A program made the position numbers and the translations under genes. Below the pieces are notes generated by a model, which searched no databases, was not told the origin of the DNA, and worked only from the letters and a program-made list of their open reading frames with translations. Below, piece after piece: positions 47,622-57,030 of a stretch of DNA of 64,000 nucleotides (positions are counted from its first letter, which is position 1; each line of letters starts with the position of its first letter). Source of the DNA: Chloroflexota bacterium (GTDB lineage: Bacteria > Chloroflexota > UBA11872 > VXOZ01); the NCBI GenBank assembly GCA_963662335.2, contig CAXXVD010000002.1:640001-704000 (forward strand), in the 5' to 3' direction.

Positions 47622-47825
47622 CGCGCAAAGATGCGGGGGACAAGCCCCCGCGCTACGGGCAGACAAGACGGTTTTCGCCTCCTGCCAGTCAACGCAGTCG
47701 CTCCGCGCGAAGATGCGGGGGACAAGCCCCCGCGCTACGGGCAGACAAGACGGTTTTCGCCTCCTGCCAGTCAACGCAGTCGCTCCGCGCAAAGATGCGG
47801 GGGACAAGCCCCCGCGCTACGGGCG
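47622..47825 (-). repeat. 82-bp tandem repeat (about 2.5 copies), each carrying REP A
   Basis: ATGCGGGGGACAAG recurs at 47631, 47713 and 47795 with identical linkers. Confidence 0.92.
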
Positions 47826-47866
47826 GCCTAGGGGGTCTCGTCAATCGGCTCTCTGCGCCCAACCCG

Positions 47867-48418
47867 CTAGAGACCCAAGTCTTCTGAGATTCCTTGCAGC
47901 GCCGCCAGGTTCAGGGCCGCGAATTCCGGCAGGGTAAAGCCTATTCCGCTGCACGTCTCGATCTCCTCGCGCTTGGCGGAAGCGGCGAAGGCTTTTTCCT
48001 TGTACTTGCGCATGACGAATTTCGGCGTCACCGAGGCCAGTTTCTTATCGGGGCGCACCAGGGCGCAGGCGATGATGAGGCCGGAGAGGTTATCGCAGGC
48101 GTAGAGCGCCTTGTCCATCAGGCTTTCGCGGGGCACGCCGTGCTCGTCGCTGTGGGCGCGCACGGCGTGGATGACGCGGGGATCGCAGTTTCGCTCTTCC
48201 AGAAGCTTTGCCATCAGCAGCGTGTGCTGGGCCGGATCTTTCTCGGTGGCTTCGTAGTCGGCGTCGTGCATCAGGCCCGCCAAGCCCCACAGGTCTTCAT
48301 CCTCGCCAAAGTGCCGCGCCAGGCCCCGCATACACGCCTCCACCGCCAGGCAGTGCTTCACGAGATTCTTGTTCTTGAGGAGTTCATGAACGAGTTCCAT
48401 GCCTTCTTCACGAGTCAT
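47867..48418 (-). CDS. HD-superfamily hydrolase
   Basis: KHCLAVEA, GLMHDADYE, LYACDNLSG, KAFAA. Confidence 0.92.
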   Translation of the reverse strand: MTREEGMELVHELLKNKNLVKHCLAVEACMRGLARHFGEDEDLWGLAGLMHDADYEATEKDPAQHTLLMAKLLEERNCDPRVIHAVRAHSDEHGVPRESLMDKALYACDNLSGLIIACALVRPDKKLASVTPKFVMRKYKEKAFAASAKREEIETCSGIGFTLPEFAALNLAALQGISEDLGL

Positions 48419-48659
48419 CGTTTGCGTGCTCCCGCTGTAATGCGTGCCTACCGCTCAGAAAACACCGGAGAAATCCCACTCGTAGTATAGCAAGCGGGAG
48501 CCAACGGCACAGCGATTCGCGCCTGCGCCCATTTGCAGGGAGACGCGCACAGGTGGAGAGCGCGCGGCTATTGGCCGCACCCTGGCGGCAACTGGCAAGA
48601 ATCCCGCTTTCGTTCTACAGTGAATAAGAGGGAGAACGCGCGCAATTGGAGGAATACGT

Positions 48660-49400
48660 GTGAATGCACGCAGAGTCTTGCGCCTGTCACGCCGCGTGCT
48701 CTGGCAAAAGGCGCTCATAGTCCCGCTGACGGCCGTGCTTGCGGCCTGCGGCGCGCTGGGACGGCAAACGGATAGCGAACGAGCGGCCGCGGCGCAAGGC
48801 ACGGAAGCGGCCCGGGCCACGGCCGCGCCGCCGGCTCGGAGTGAAGCGGAGCGGCCCGCAGAACAGGCGCAGGCCGCGCCCCAGGCGGCAAGTTCGACTG
48901 ATTTGCCGGCCACGCCGGCGTGCGACGACGGCGACGACCCCACACCGCCCCAGACCGCCGGCCCGTTCTACACGCCCAACACGCCGCTGCGCGCGTCATT
49001 GCTGGAACCCGGCCTGGCCGGCACGCGGCTGCTGCTCACCGGCCACGTGGTTTCCACGGCATGCGCGCCAATCGCGGGCGCATTGCTCGACTTCTGGCAC
49101 ACGGACAACGCCGGCGACTATGACAACGAGGGCTATACGTTTCGCGGCCACCAGTTCGCCGACGGCGCGGGGCGCTTCACACTGGAGACGATCGTGCCGG
49201 GCATCTATCCCGGCCGCACGCGCCACATCCACGTGCGGGTGCAAGCGCCAAACCAACCAATTCTCATTACCCAACTCTACTTCCCCGGCGAATCGGGCAA
49301 CCAGGGCGACGACATCTTCAATCCCGCGCTGCTGGTAACGCTGGCGGATGCGGCGAACGGCAAAGAGGCCCAGTTCACCTTCGTGCTGGATGTGCCGTGA
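48660..49400 (+). CDS. Intradiol ring-cleavage dioxygenase-like lipoprotein
   Basis: LAAC lipobox, GPFY, WHTDNAGDY, PGIYPGRTRHIH. Confidence 0.9.
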   Translation: MNARRVLRLSRRVLWQKALIVPLTAVLAACGALGRQTDSERAAAAQGTEAARATAAPPARSEAERPAEQAQAAPQAASSTDLPATPACDDGDDPTPPQTAGPFYTPNTPLRASLLEPGLAGTRLLLTGHVVSTACAPIAGALLDFWHTDNAGDYDNEGYTFRGHQFADGAGRFTLETIVPGIYPGRTRHIHVRVQAPNQPILITQLYFPGESGNQGDDIFNPALLVTLADAANGKEAQFTFVLDVP

Positions 49401-49473
49401 ACGCGGCAGTCTTGCTCCGCCGCCCACGCGCGCCGCGCATTCCAGGAGCGTGCTTGCGGCGCCAATGTGTCCG

Positions 49474-49487
49474 CCCCCCCCCCCCCC
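49474..49487 (+). repeat. C14 homopolymer upstream of an extended -10 (TGCTATACT)
   Basis: Seen directly. Confidence 0.8.
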
Positions 49488-49585
49488 GTGTGCCGGTCAC
49501 GCCAATTGCGGTGCTATACTGTAGAGAGAGGCGCATCGAGTTCATTCAGCCACGCAGCGTAGTCTTGGCGCGGAGGAGTCTTCGG

Positions 49586-50182
49586 ATGTTGGGTCGAGTC
49601 GTCGCAGTCCTTGCCGTTTTCGCAGCGGTCATCGCGCTGACCGCGTGCAGCGCCGCAGCGACCCAGACGCAAACGCAGCCCGCGGCGCCGTCGCTGCCGG
49701 GCCTGGATGCCATCTCCCGGGAGGCGGAGCCGGGCCTCTACACCAAGGCGTTCGTGGCAGAGGCAATTCGACGCTACGACACCGAGGGGCGGGACGCCGC
49801 CATTGCCTTCTACAACACGCCGGAGAGCATGGACGGCGAGTGGTACCTCTTCATCATCGGCGAGGACGCCGAGGTGCTGGCGCACACCGCTATTCCGGAT
49901 AACGTGGGCCTGTTCGTCAGGGATCCCCTGGGCATCGACGCCAACGGCTATGACTTCGGCGCCGCGATGCTCGCCGCCACCGAGCAAGGAATCTGGGTGC
50001 GGTACGTCTATGAGAACCCGGCGAGGGGCGGCTTCCTGGAAACCAAGCACGCCTGGGTGGTCAAGCACGACGGCCTTATCTTCGGCTCCGGCTGGTACCA
50101 GGTGGAACGCTACGACGCCCCGCCGTTGCAGAGACCGCAGGAAGAGAGCGATAGGGTGATAGCAGAGCAGTTGCATCGCTGA
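49586..50182 (+). CDS. Cache-domain lipoprotein
   Basis: GGAGG RBS, LTAC lipobox, WYLFII, WVRYVYENP, K.AWV...IFGSGWY. Confidence 0.85.
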   Translation: MLGRVVAVLAVFAAVIALTACSAAATQTQTQPAAPSLPGLDAISREAEPGLYTKAFVAEAIRRYDTEGRDAAIAFYNTPESMDGEWYLFIIGEDAEVLAHTAIPDNVGLFVRDPLGIDANGYDFGAAMLAATEQGIWVRYVYENPARGGFLETKHAWVVKHDGLIFGSGWYQVERYDAPPLQRPQEESDRVIAEQLHR

Positions 50183-50261
50183 GGACGCACTTCCGCCCGC
50201 GGGCGCTTGGCCAATGGGCGCGCTGGCATCGCATTGAGACCCCCGCTGGAGTTACGGCTCG

Positions 50262-51800
50262 ATGAGCATGAATTCGGAGTCTACAGTGGCCTTTGCGCCG
50301 TTTCGCGACCAGCTTGAAGCGGCGTTTGCGCAGTTTGCAGCGCGGGCGGCGCTGACGTATCGGGGTGAGACGTGGACGTATGCGGAGGTGGACGCGCGCA
50401 CGCGGGCGGCGGCGGCGCACTTGCGGGCGCGGGGCTTGCGGGCCGGGGAGCGGGTGATCCTCTATACGGCGGACAAGCGGGCGCTGCTGCTGGCGCATCT
50501 GGGGGCGATACGGGCCGGCGGGGTCTCGCTGCCGCTCAACTTCAAGTTCACGCCCAGCGAGATGCGGTACTACGCCCAGGACAGCGGCGCGGCGCTGGCG
50601 GTTGGGGGCGACGCCGAACTGCCGATCTTGCAGGCGCTGGTTGACAACGAAGAAACGCCGTTGCGGGGTGTGCTGCGCGCCGACGAATTTCTCGCGCTGG
50701 AACCGCAGCCTACCGCCCCGCTGCCGGACTCTAGCGCGGACGATTGGGCGCTGCTGCTCTACTCCTCCGGCACCACCGGCCAGCCCAAGGGCGTGGTGCA
50801 CACCCATGCCAATCTGGGCGCGGCGGTGCGGTCGCTGGCCGATTGCTGGGCGTTCACGCCGGACGACGCGCTGGTGAACGTGCTGCCATTCTTCCACATC
50901 CACGGGCTTTCGTTCGCCAGCCACGTGAACTTCCTCACCGGCGCGCACATGCTCATGGCCGACCAGTTCCACCCGGTGCGCACCCTGGACCTCATCGACC
51001 GGGCCACGGTCTTCATGGCCATTCCGCCCATGTACTACCAGTTCTTGGGGCGGCCGGAGTTTCGGGAGCGCGCCAAAGGGTGGTCGCACGTGCGGCTCTT
51101 CACGTGCGGTTCCGCGCCCATTCGTCCCGAAGTCCTACCAGAGTTGGAAGGAATTCTAAAGAGTCCGCTGATCAACAGGTACGGCATGACCGAGAGCCAC
51201 GTGATTGCCAGCCTGCCTATCGACCGGCCCAGCGTGCAAGGCTCAGTGGGGCTGCCGCTGGACGGCATCGAGATGACCATGGTGGAGGACGGCTCTACTA
51301 CCAAGGAAGGCCGCGCCGTGGGCGAGGTGCACGTGAAAGGCCCGGTGATCTTCTCCCACTACCTCAACCGGCCGGAGGCGACGGCAGAGGCCTTTGCCCA
51401 CCAGGGCTACTTTGCCACCGGCGATCTGGGTTTCTTGGATGACCAGGGGTACTTGACGCTGATTGGGAGAAAAGTTGACCTCATCATCACCAAGGGCTTC
51501 AACGTCTACCCGCCCATGGTGGAGCGCGTGCTGAACGATTGCCCCGGCGTGAAGGAATCCGCCGTGTTCGGCCTGCCCGACGACCTGCGCGGCGAGAAGG
51601 TGGTAGCCGTGGTAGTGCAAGACCCCGACGCCAGTGTTGCGGCCACGCCCCGCAACATCCGCGACTTCTGCCGCGAACGCAGCGTGGACTACCAGGTGCC
51701 GAGCGACGTGCACTTCGTGGACGAACTACCGCGCAATACGATGGGCAAGGTGCTGAAACGCGAACTGCGGGACGGCCTGCTGGCTGATGCCGGGGCGTAA
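50262..51800 (+). CDS. Acyl-CoA synthetase (AMP-binding, MatB-like)
   Basis: YSSGTTGQPKG, RYGMTE, TGDLG, LPRNTMGKV. Confidence 0.93.
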   Translation: MSMNSESTVAFAPFRDQLEAAFAQFAARAALTYRGETWTYAEVDARTRAAAAHLRARGLRAGERVILYTADKRALLLAHLGAIRAGGVSLPLNFKFTPSEMRYYAQDSGAALAVGGDAELPILQALVDNEETPLRGVLRADEFLALEPQPTAPLPDSSADDWALLLYSSGTTGQPKGVVHTHANLGAAVRSLADCWAFTPDDALVNVLPFFHIHGLSFASHVNFLTGAHMLMADQFHPVRTLDLIDRATVFMAIPPMYYQFLGRPEFRERAKGWSHVRLFTCGSAPIRPEVLPELEGILKSPLINRYGMTESHVIASLPIDRPSVQGSVGLPLDGIEMTMVEDGSTTKEGRAVGEVHVKGPVIFSHYLNRPEATAEAFAHQGYFATGDLGFLDDQGYLTLIGRKVDLIITKGFNVYPPMVERVLNDCPGVKESAVFGLPDDLRGEKVVAVVVQDPDASVAATPRNIRDFCRERSVDYQVPSDVHFVDELPRNTMGKVLKRELRDGLLADAGA

Positions 51801-52187
51801 CAAGAGTGAACGGCTAGCGGTTGCGCCGATGTAGCGCGGGGGCTTGTCCCCCGCCTCTTTTTTCGGACACCGGACGCAGTTGCAGAACCACCCGACCTCT
51901 ACCCATTGCCGCCTATGCAGGCTACACTAGAAAGGCGGGCTTTCCGCCGGCACTGGGGCACGCGCCGCACGGAGGATGGATTCCGGCTTTCGCCGGAATG
52001 ACGATAGCCTTGCCCGGGCCACTCGAAGTAACAAGATTGGTGGGCGCTATTTCCGTCACTCCCGCGAACGCGGGAGTCCAGTGGCGTGGCGAAGATGGAT
52101 TCCCGCGTGCGCGGGAATGACGGGCCAAGAAGCGGGAATGACGGAGCAAGAGGCGGAGATGACGAATTATAGAGATCGACAAGACCC

Positions 52188-54563
52188 ATGAATCCCAAGA
52201 CCCTCGAACTGCTCGAATTTCCCAAGATCCGCGCGCTCCTCGTCGAGCACGCGCATTTCTCTGCCAGCAAGGCGTTGGCGGAGGAACTCATGCCGGCCAC
52301 GGAACCGGAGGCGGTGGAGGCGCTGCTGGAGGAGACCGCCGAGGCGCGGGAGTTGCTGCGGTTGCATCCGAACTTCACCATTGGCCCGGCGCATGACGTG
52401 CGCGGGTTGGTGGACTATGCCGCGCGCGGCGGCGTGCTGGACGCGGCCGGATTGCTGGCGGTGGCGGACACCGTGCGCAGCGGGCGCATGACGCGGGAGA
52501 TGCTGGTGCGGCGGGCCGAGGCGTTCCCGCGGCTCAGCCGCCTGGCGCGGGAGATCATGCGCTGCGATCCCTTGCAGGGGGCGATCGAGCAGGCGATTGG
52601 GCCCGACGGCGACGTGCTGGATAGCGCCAGTCCGCTGCTGCGCTCGCTGCGCCTAGAGGTGCGCGCGGTGCACAACCAACTGCTGGACCGCATGCAGGTC
52701 CTGGTGCGCCTGCCGGAGTACCTCACCTACCTGCAAGACCCGATCGTCACGCTGCGGGCGGAGCGTTACGTGCTGCCGGTGAAGTCCGAGTTTCGCGGGC
52801 GCGTCAAGGGCATCGTGCACGATGAGTCGGCCAGCGGCGCGACCGTGTTCGTGGAGCCGCTGGACGTGGTGGAGATCAACAACCGCTGGCGCAGCGCCCA
52901 ACGCGAGGAGCAGCGGGAGGTTGACCGCATCCTGCGGGCGCTCTCGTCCGAGGTGGGCGTCTACCAGCAGGAACTCAGCGACAACGTGGGCACGCTGGCC
53001 GAGATTGACATAATCCTGGCCAAGGCGCGCTACGCGGATACCATCAAGGCCGAGCAGCCGGACGTCGTTGCCGGCTACCGCTTCTCGTTCCGGCAGGCCA
53101 AGCATCCGCTGCTCACGGGCAAGGTCGTGCCCATCGACGTCTACCTGGGGCACGACCCGCAGCGGGAGCGGTCACGGCCCTTCTACGTGCTCGTCATCAC
53201 CGGCCCGAACACCGGCGGCAAGACCGTGGCGCTCAAGACCGTCGGCTTGCTCACGCTCATGGGCCAGTGCGGGCTGCACCTGCCGGCGGCGCTCGGCTCG
53301 CGCTTGGCGGTGTTTAGCCAGGTGCACGCCGACATTGGCGACGAACAGAGCATCGAGCAGAGTCTCTCCACCTTTTCGTCCCACCTTTCCAAGATCATTC
53401 CAATTTTGGATGAAGCCGACGAGCGCTCGCTGGTGCTCTTCGACGAACTTGGCGCGGGCACGGATCCCCAGGAAGGCTCGGCGCTGGCGCAGGCCATTTT
53501 GCTCTACCTGCGCGATAAGCGCGTGCCGACGGTGGCGACGAGCCACTTCTCGGCGGTGAAGGCGCTGGCGCACGTGGAGGATGCGATGCAGAACGCCAGC
53601 GTGGAGTTCGACGTGGAACGGCTCGCGCCGACGTACGTGCTGTCAATCGGCACGCCGGGCACCAGCCACGCGCTGCAAATTGCCGGGCGTCTCGGCCTGA
53701 ACCCGGCGATCGCGGCCCAGGCGGAGGCGCGGTTTAGTCCCACCGAGCAGGCGGTGGACGCGCTGATGGTAGCCCTGCGCGACGAGACGGAGCAACTGAA
53801 GGCGGAGCGCGAACACCTGGCAAACGACCGCGCCGCGGTGGAAGCTGAGCGCGACGCGCTGGCGGCGCGGGTGCGCGCGATGGAGGAGGCGGTAGCGGCG
53901 CAGAAGACGGCGGCGTGGGACGCGGCCACTGATGAAGCGGCGGAACTGCTGGAGGAAATCCAGGCGCTGGCGCGCCAGGCAAAGGTGTTTGCCGCGCCGA
54001 CGAACCCGGACCGTAAGTTGCTGGAGCGCGCGGCGGGACAAGCCCGTGAACGGCAGCGTGAGATGCGCGCCCGCGCGCGCGAGACGCGCCAACTGCCGGA
54101 GCCCGCGTCGCTTGCCGTGGGCGACGCGGTGCGCGTGCGCGGCTGGGAACTGCCGGGGGAGGTGCTGGCGGCGCCGGACGCACGCGGCCTGGTGGCGGTG
54201 CAGGTCGGCCAGATAAAGACCCGCGTGCCGCTGGCCGAGACTACGCTGCTGGAGGCGCGGGAGCGCGCGGCCGCGCCGGACCGGGGGCGGGGAGACGTGG
54301 CGCCGGCCCCGCCGGTGGCGCCGATTGAAATAGATATTCGCGGCAACCGCGCCGAGGAGAGCCGGGACACGGTGGACCGCTACCTGGACCAGGCGCTCCA
54401 CGGCGGCCTGAAGAGCGTGCGCATCATCCACGGCAAGGGCACCGGCGCGCTGCGCGCCGCCGTGCACGAGATGCTGCGGGAACATCCGCTGGTACGCCGC
54501 TTCCGCACCGCCCCGGCGCGGGAGGGCGGCGACGGGGCTACCGTGGTGGAGCTTGCGCAGTAA
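52188..54563 (+). CDS. mutS2: Endonuclease MutS2
   Basis: ITGPNTGGKT, DIGDEQSIEQSLSTFS, DELGAGTDP, Smr IIHGKGTG. Confidence 0.97.
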   Translation: MNPKTLELLEFPKIRALLVEHAHFSASKALAEELMPATEPEAVEALLEETAEARELLRLHPNFTIGPAHDVRGLVDYAARGGVLDAAGLLAVADTVRSGRMTREMLVRRAEAFPRLSRLAREIMRCDPLQGAIEQAIGPDGDVLDSASPLLRSLRLEVRAVHNQLLDRMQVLVRLPEYLTYLQDPIVTLRAERYVLPVKSEFRGRVKGIVHDESASGATVFVEPLDVVEINNRWRSAQREEQREVDRILRALSSEVGVYQQELSDNVGTLAEIDIILAKARYADTIKAEQPDVVAGYRFSFRQAKHPLLTGKVVPIDVYLGHDPQRERSRPFYVLVITGPNTGGKTVALKTVGLLTLMGQCGLHLPAALGSRLAVFSQVHADIGDEQSIEQSLSTFSSHLSKIIPILDEADERSLVLFDELGAGTDPQEGSALAQAILLYLRDKRVPTVATSHFSAVKALAHVEDAMQNASVEFDVERLAPTYVLSIGTPGTSHALQIAGRLGLNPAIAAQAEARFSPTEQAVDALMVALRDETEQLKAEREHLANDRAAVEAERDALAARVRAMEEAVAAQKTAAWDAATDEAAELLEEIQALARQAKVFAAPTNPDRKLLERAAGQARERQREMRARARETRQLPEPASLAVGDAVRVRGWELPGEVLAAPDARGLVAVQVGQIKTRVPLAETTLLEARERAAAPDRGRGDVAPAPPVAPIEIDIRGNRAEESRDTVDRYLDQALHGGLKSVRIIHGKGTGALRAAVHEMLREHPLVRRFRTAPAREGGDGATVVELAQ

Positions 54564-54992
54564 TCACCGACGACCTGCACAGCAAGGATAGCGCCCCGCT
54601 CTAACTGTCATCGCCATGAAAACAGCGAGACTGAGCCGTTCGCCCTGAGCTTGTCGAAGGGTGAACGGCGGCTTGAGCGATTAGCAACTCCGCACGCACA
54701 TCTCTCCGTTCATACTTCGACAAGCTCAGCACGAACGGAGAGATGTGCGTGCACTTTTTATTTCCTTGGTGGCCGTCGCACGGCCATCGTCATGCCCGCG
54801 AAAGCGGGAATCCATCTTCGTGGGGCGAGACGTGGATTCCCGCTTTCGCGGGCATGACGAAGCGTGCGCCGCCGTTTTGCTGGCAACTGCCCCCCCCCCG
54901 ATTAAAGAAACACCGCCGCGGTCAAAAGAGCGCGGCGGTTGAAACAGGCATGAAGACGAAGAAGATTATCGAGTCTGGGGCTATTTCTGGGG

Positions 54993-55196
54993 TTATTGGA
55001 CGAAGATCTCGAAGTTCACGTCCTCTTCACGGCTGAGGAAGCGTTGCGCCACGCGGCGAACCAGGGAGATGCTATCGTGGCCCAGCAGCGCGCCGAGCAC
55101 CGAACCGAGCACCAGGCCGCAGAGCGCGCCCAGGGCGATACCCCACACGAAGTGGCCGTCTTCCGCCGCGAGTTTCGTAGGTAGCATAGCATTCAT
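54993..55196 (-). CDS. Small membrane protein
   Basis: Glycine-rich TM helix; co-oriented downstream of rsfS. Confidence 0.65.
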   Translation of the reverse strand: MNAMLPTKLAAEDGHFVWGIALGALCGLVLGSVLGALLGHDSISLVRRVAQRFLSREEDVNFEIFVQ

Positions 55197-55271
55197 CCCT
55201 TCGTCCCAGTCGCGATCCAGCCGCAGCGGGCGGGCCGGTCGCTCTGCGCGCGTCGGGCGCGGCAGTGCGGC

Positions 55272-55616
55272 TCACTGCACCCGCAGGATGGTCGTTGCCT
55301 GCGACCAGAGGCGCTCCAGGTGATAGTACTCGCGCATGTCGCTGGAGAAGACGTGCACCATCACGTCGCCATAGTCGAGCACAACCCAGCCGCCCTCGCC
55401 TTTGCCTTCGCTGCGCAGGGGCGTTTCGTCCCGCTCGCCCAGCGCGGCTTCGATATATTCCACAATCGCCCGCAACTGCGGCGTGGACTCCGCCGAACAC
55501 AGCACGAAGAAGTCGGCCACCACGGTCTGACGCCGGATATCAAGCAGAGCGATATCCGCGCCGCCGTGTTCGGCCATCACGTCAACTGCGAGTTTCGCCT
55601 TCTCTAAGCCGTCCAT
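55272..55616 (-). CDS. rsfS: Ribosome silencing factor
   Basis: DIALLD, ADFFVLCS, WVVLDYGDVMVH, YHLERLW. Confidence 0.95.
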   Translation of the reverse strand: MDGLEKAKLAVDVMAEHGGADIALLDIRRQTVVADFFVLCSAESTPQLRAIVEYIEAALGERDETPLRSEGKGEGGWVVLDYGDVMVHVFSSDMREYYHLERLWSQATTILRVQ

Positions 55617-55741
55617 CGGCACCATTATAGCACAAACCGGCCGGGTCTCGACAACGGGCGCGGGCATTTCCCATTCCCGCGTGCGAGAGCGATAGCATTC
55701 CCTCTCCAGAAGGGGAGAGGATTAGGGTGAGGGGGAGCCCT

Positions 55742-55858
55742 CAATGTTGTCGCATTAGCGTAGCGCGGGGGCTTGTCCCCCGCCGGAGCCGTTGAAACTG
55801 ACAGGTAAAGGATTGACCAAAACAGCTTCGCAGGTTGCAAACCTGCGCTACCGGAAGT
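55742..55858 (+). mobile_element. Left part of the composite element, with the CAATGTTGTCGCATTAG terminus
   Basis: Shares REP A...GAAACTGAC...ATTGACC...CGCAGGTTGCAAACCTGCGCTAC with the 31121 and 37871 copies. Confidence 0.7.
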
Positions 55859-55889
55859 GGGGAGGCCGCAAGGCGCGGCGGCCGGGGGC

Positions 55890-56486
55890 TCAGCGGCGGT
55901 AGAGCGCATGGGTGTGGATGTAGTCAACTACCGGCGGCGGCGTGAGGTCGCGGAGCGATTGGCCGGCGGCGGCGCGGCGGCGAATTTCGCTGGCGGAGAT
56001 GTTCACCGCGGGAATCTCCTGCACGGTGATGCGCGCCCGCGCCGCCGGGGACAGGCTTTGCAGGGCGTCGGCGCTTGCGCCCCCCGCGCCCGGGCGGGTC
56101 AGAGCCACGAGCGGGACCGCCGCCAGGAGTTGTTCCGGCGCGCGCCAGCGGGGCAAGTCGGCAAGTTGGTCGGCGCCGATGAGGAAGACCAGCGCGTCAT
56201 TGGGAAAGGCGCGCCGGAGCGCCGCCACCGTATCCAGCGCGTAGCTGGGCGGCGGGCGCGCTACGTCCACGGTGGAGAGCGCAAAAGCCGGATTGCCGGC
56301 GATTGCCAGGCGCGCCATCTCCAGCCGCTGCCCGGTGGTTGCCGCCGCGGCGGGCTTGAGGGGTGAACGGTTGGCCGGCACGAAGAGCACCCGGTCCAGG
56401 CGCTGCCCGGCCCGCGCCTGCGCGGCCGCGCGCAAGTGCCCGTAGTGGATGGGATCGAACGTGCCGCCCAGGATGCCTATGCGCAT
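55890..56486 (-). CDS. nadD: Nicotinate-nucleotide adenylyltransferase
   Basis: GGTFDPIHYGHL, IGAD, ISASEIR. Confidence 0.96.
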   Translation of the reverse strand: MRIGILGGTFDPIHYGHLRAAAQARAGQRLDRVLFVPANRSPLKPAAAATTGQRLEMARLAIAGNPAFALSTVDVARPPPSYALDTVAALRRAFPNDALVFLIGADQLADLPRWRAPEQLLAAVPLVALTRPGAGGASADALQSLSPAARARITVQEIPAVNISASEIRRRAAAGQSLRDLTPPPVVDYIHTHALYRR

Positions 56487-56772
56487 TGACGGTGTGCCGC
56501 TTCAGCCGCGCGGGCGACCACTTTCCCTCAGCCCGGCCCTCTCCCCAGTTGACAGGGGTATGTATACAATAGCCGGCTAAGCGTGTCATTCCGAACGGAG
56601 CGTAGCGGAGAGAGGAATCTAGAGCGCAGCCTTACAAAACCGGCATCTTTAGATTCCGCGAACAGGGTTCGACGCTGCGCTCGGAATGACATCTACATGC
56701 CCCTGTCAGCCTCTCCCCGGGGAGAGGAAGTCAACTCGCTTCGACCAGAGTCCGGTGAGCGGCCGCAGAGCG

Positions 56773-56944
56773 GGGGACAAGCCCCCGCTCTCGCTTCAAT
56801 CAAAGCCGTGTGAGCTGGCCGCAGAGCGGGGGACAAGCCCCCGCGCTACGTTAATGCGACAGCATTGGGGACAAGCCCCCGCTCTCGCTTCAATCAAAGC
56901 CGTGCGAACTGGCCGCAGAGCGGGGGACAAGCCCCCGCGCTACG
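56773..56944 (+). repeat. 78-bp direct duplication flanking TTAATGCGACAGCATT
   Basis: 56773-56850 matches 56867-56944 with 2 mismatches. Confidence 0.85.
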
Positions 56945-57030
56945 ATTGAGATGCCCCCTTGCCCACGAGATTCCTCGCTGCCCACGAGATTCCTCGCTGC
57001 GCTCGGAATGACAGAAGATGCCGATACTGC

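Noticed and set aside
47622-47825. Possible CRISPR mini-array with palindromic repeats
   Set aside because: The spacers are identical and the repeat is the dispersed REP A.
55742-56866. Composite transposon carrying nadD between inverted 16-bp ends
   Set aside because: nadD-rsfS is conserved housekeeping synteny and no target duplication is visible. Two independent insertions are more likely.
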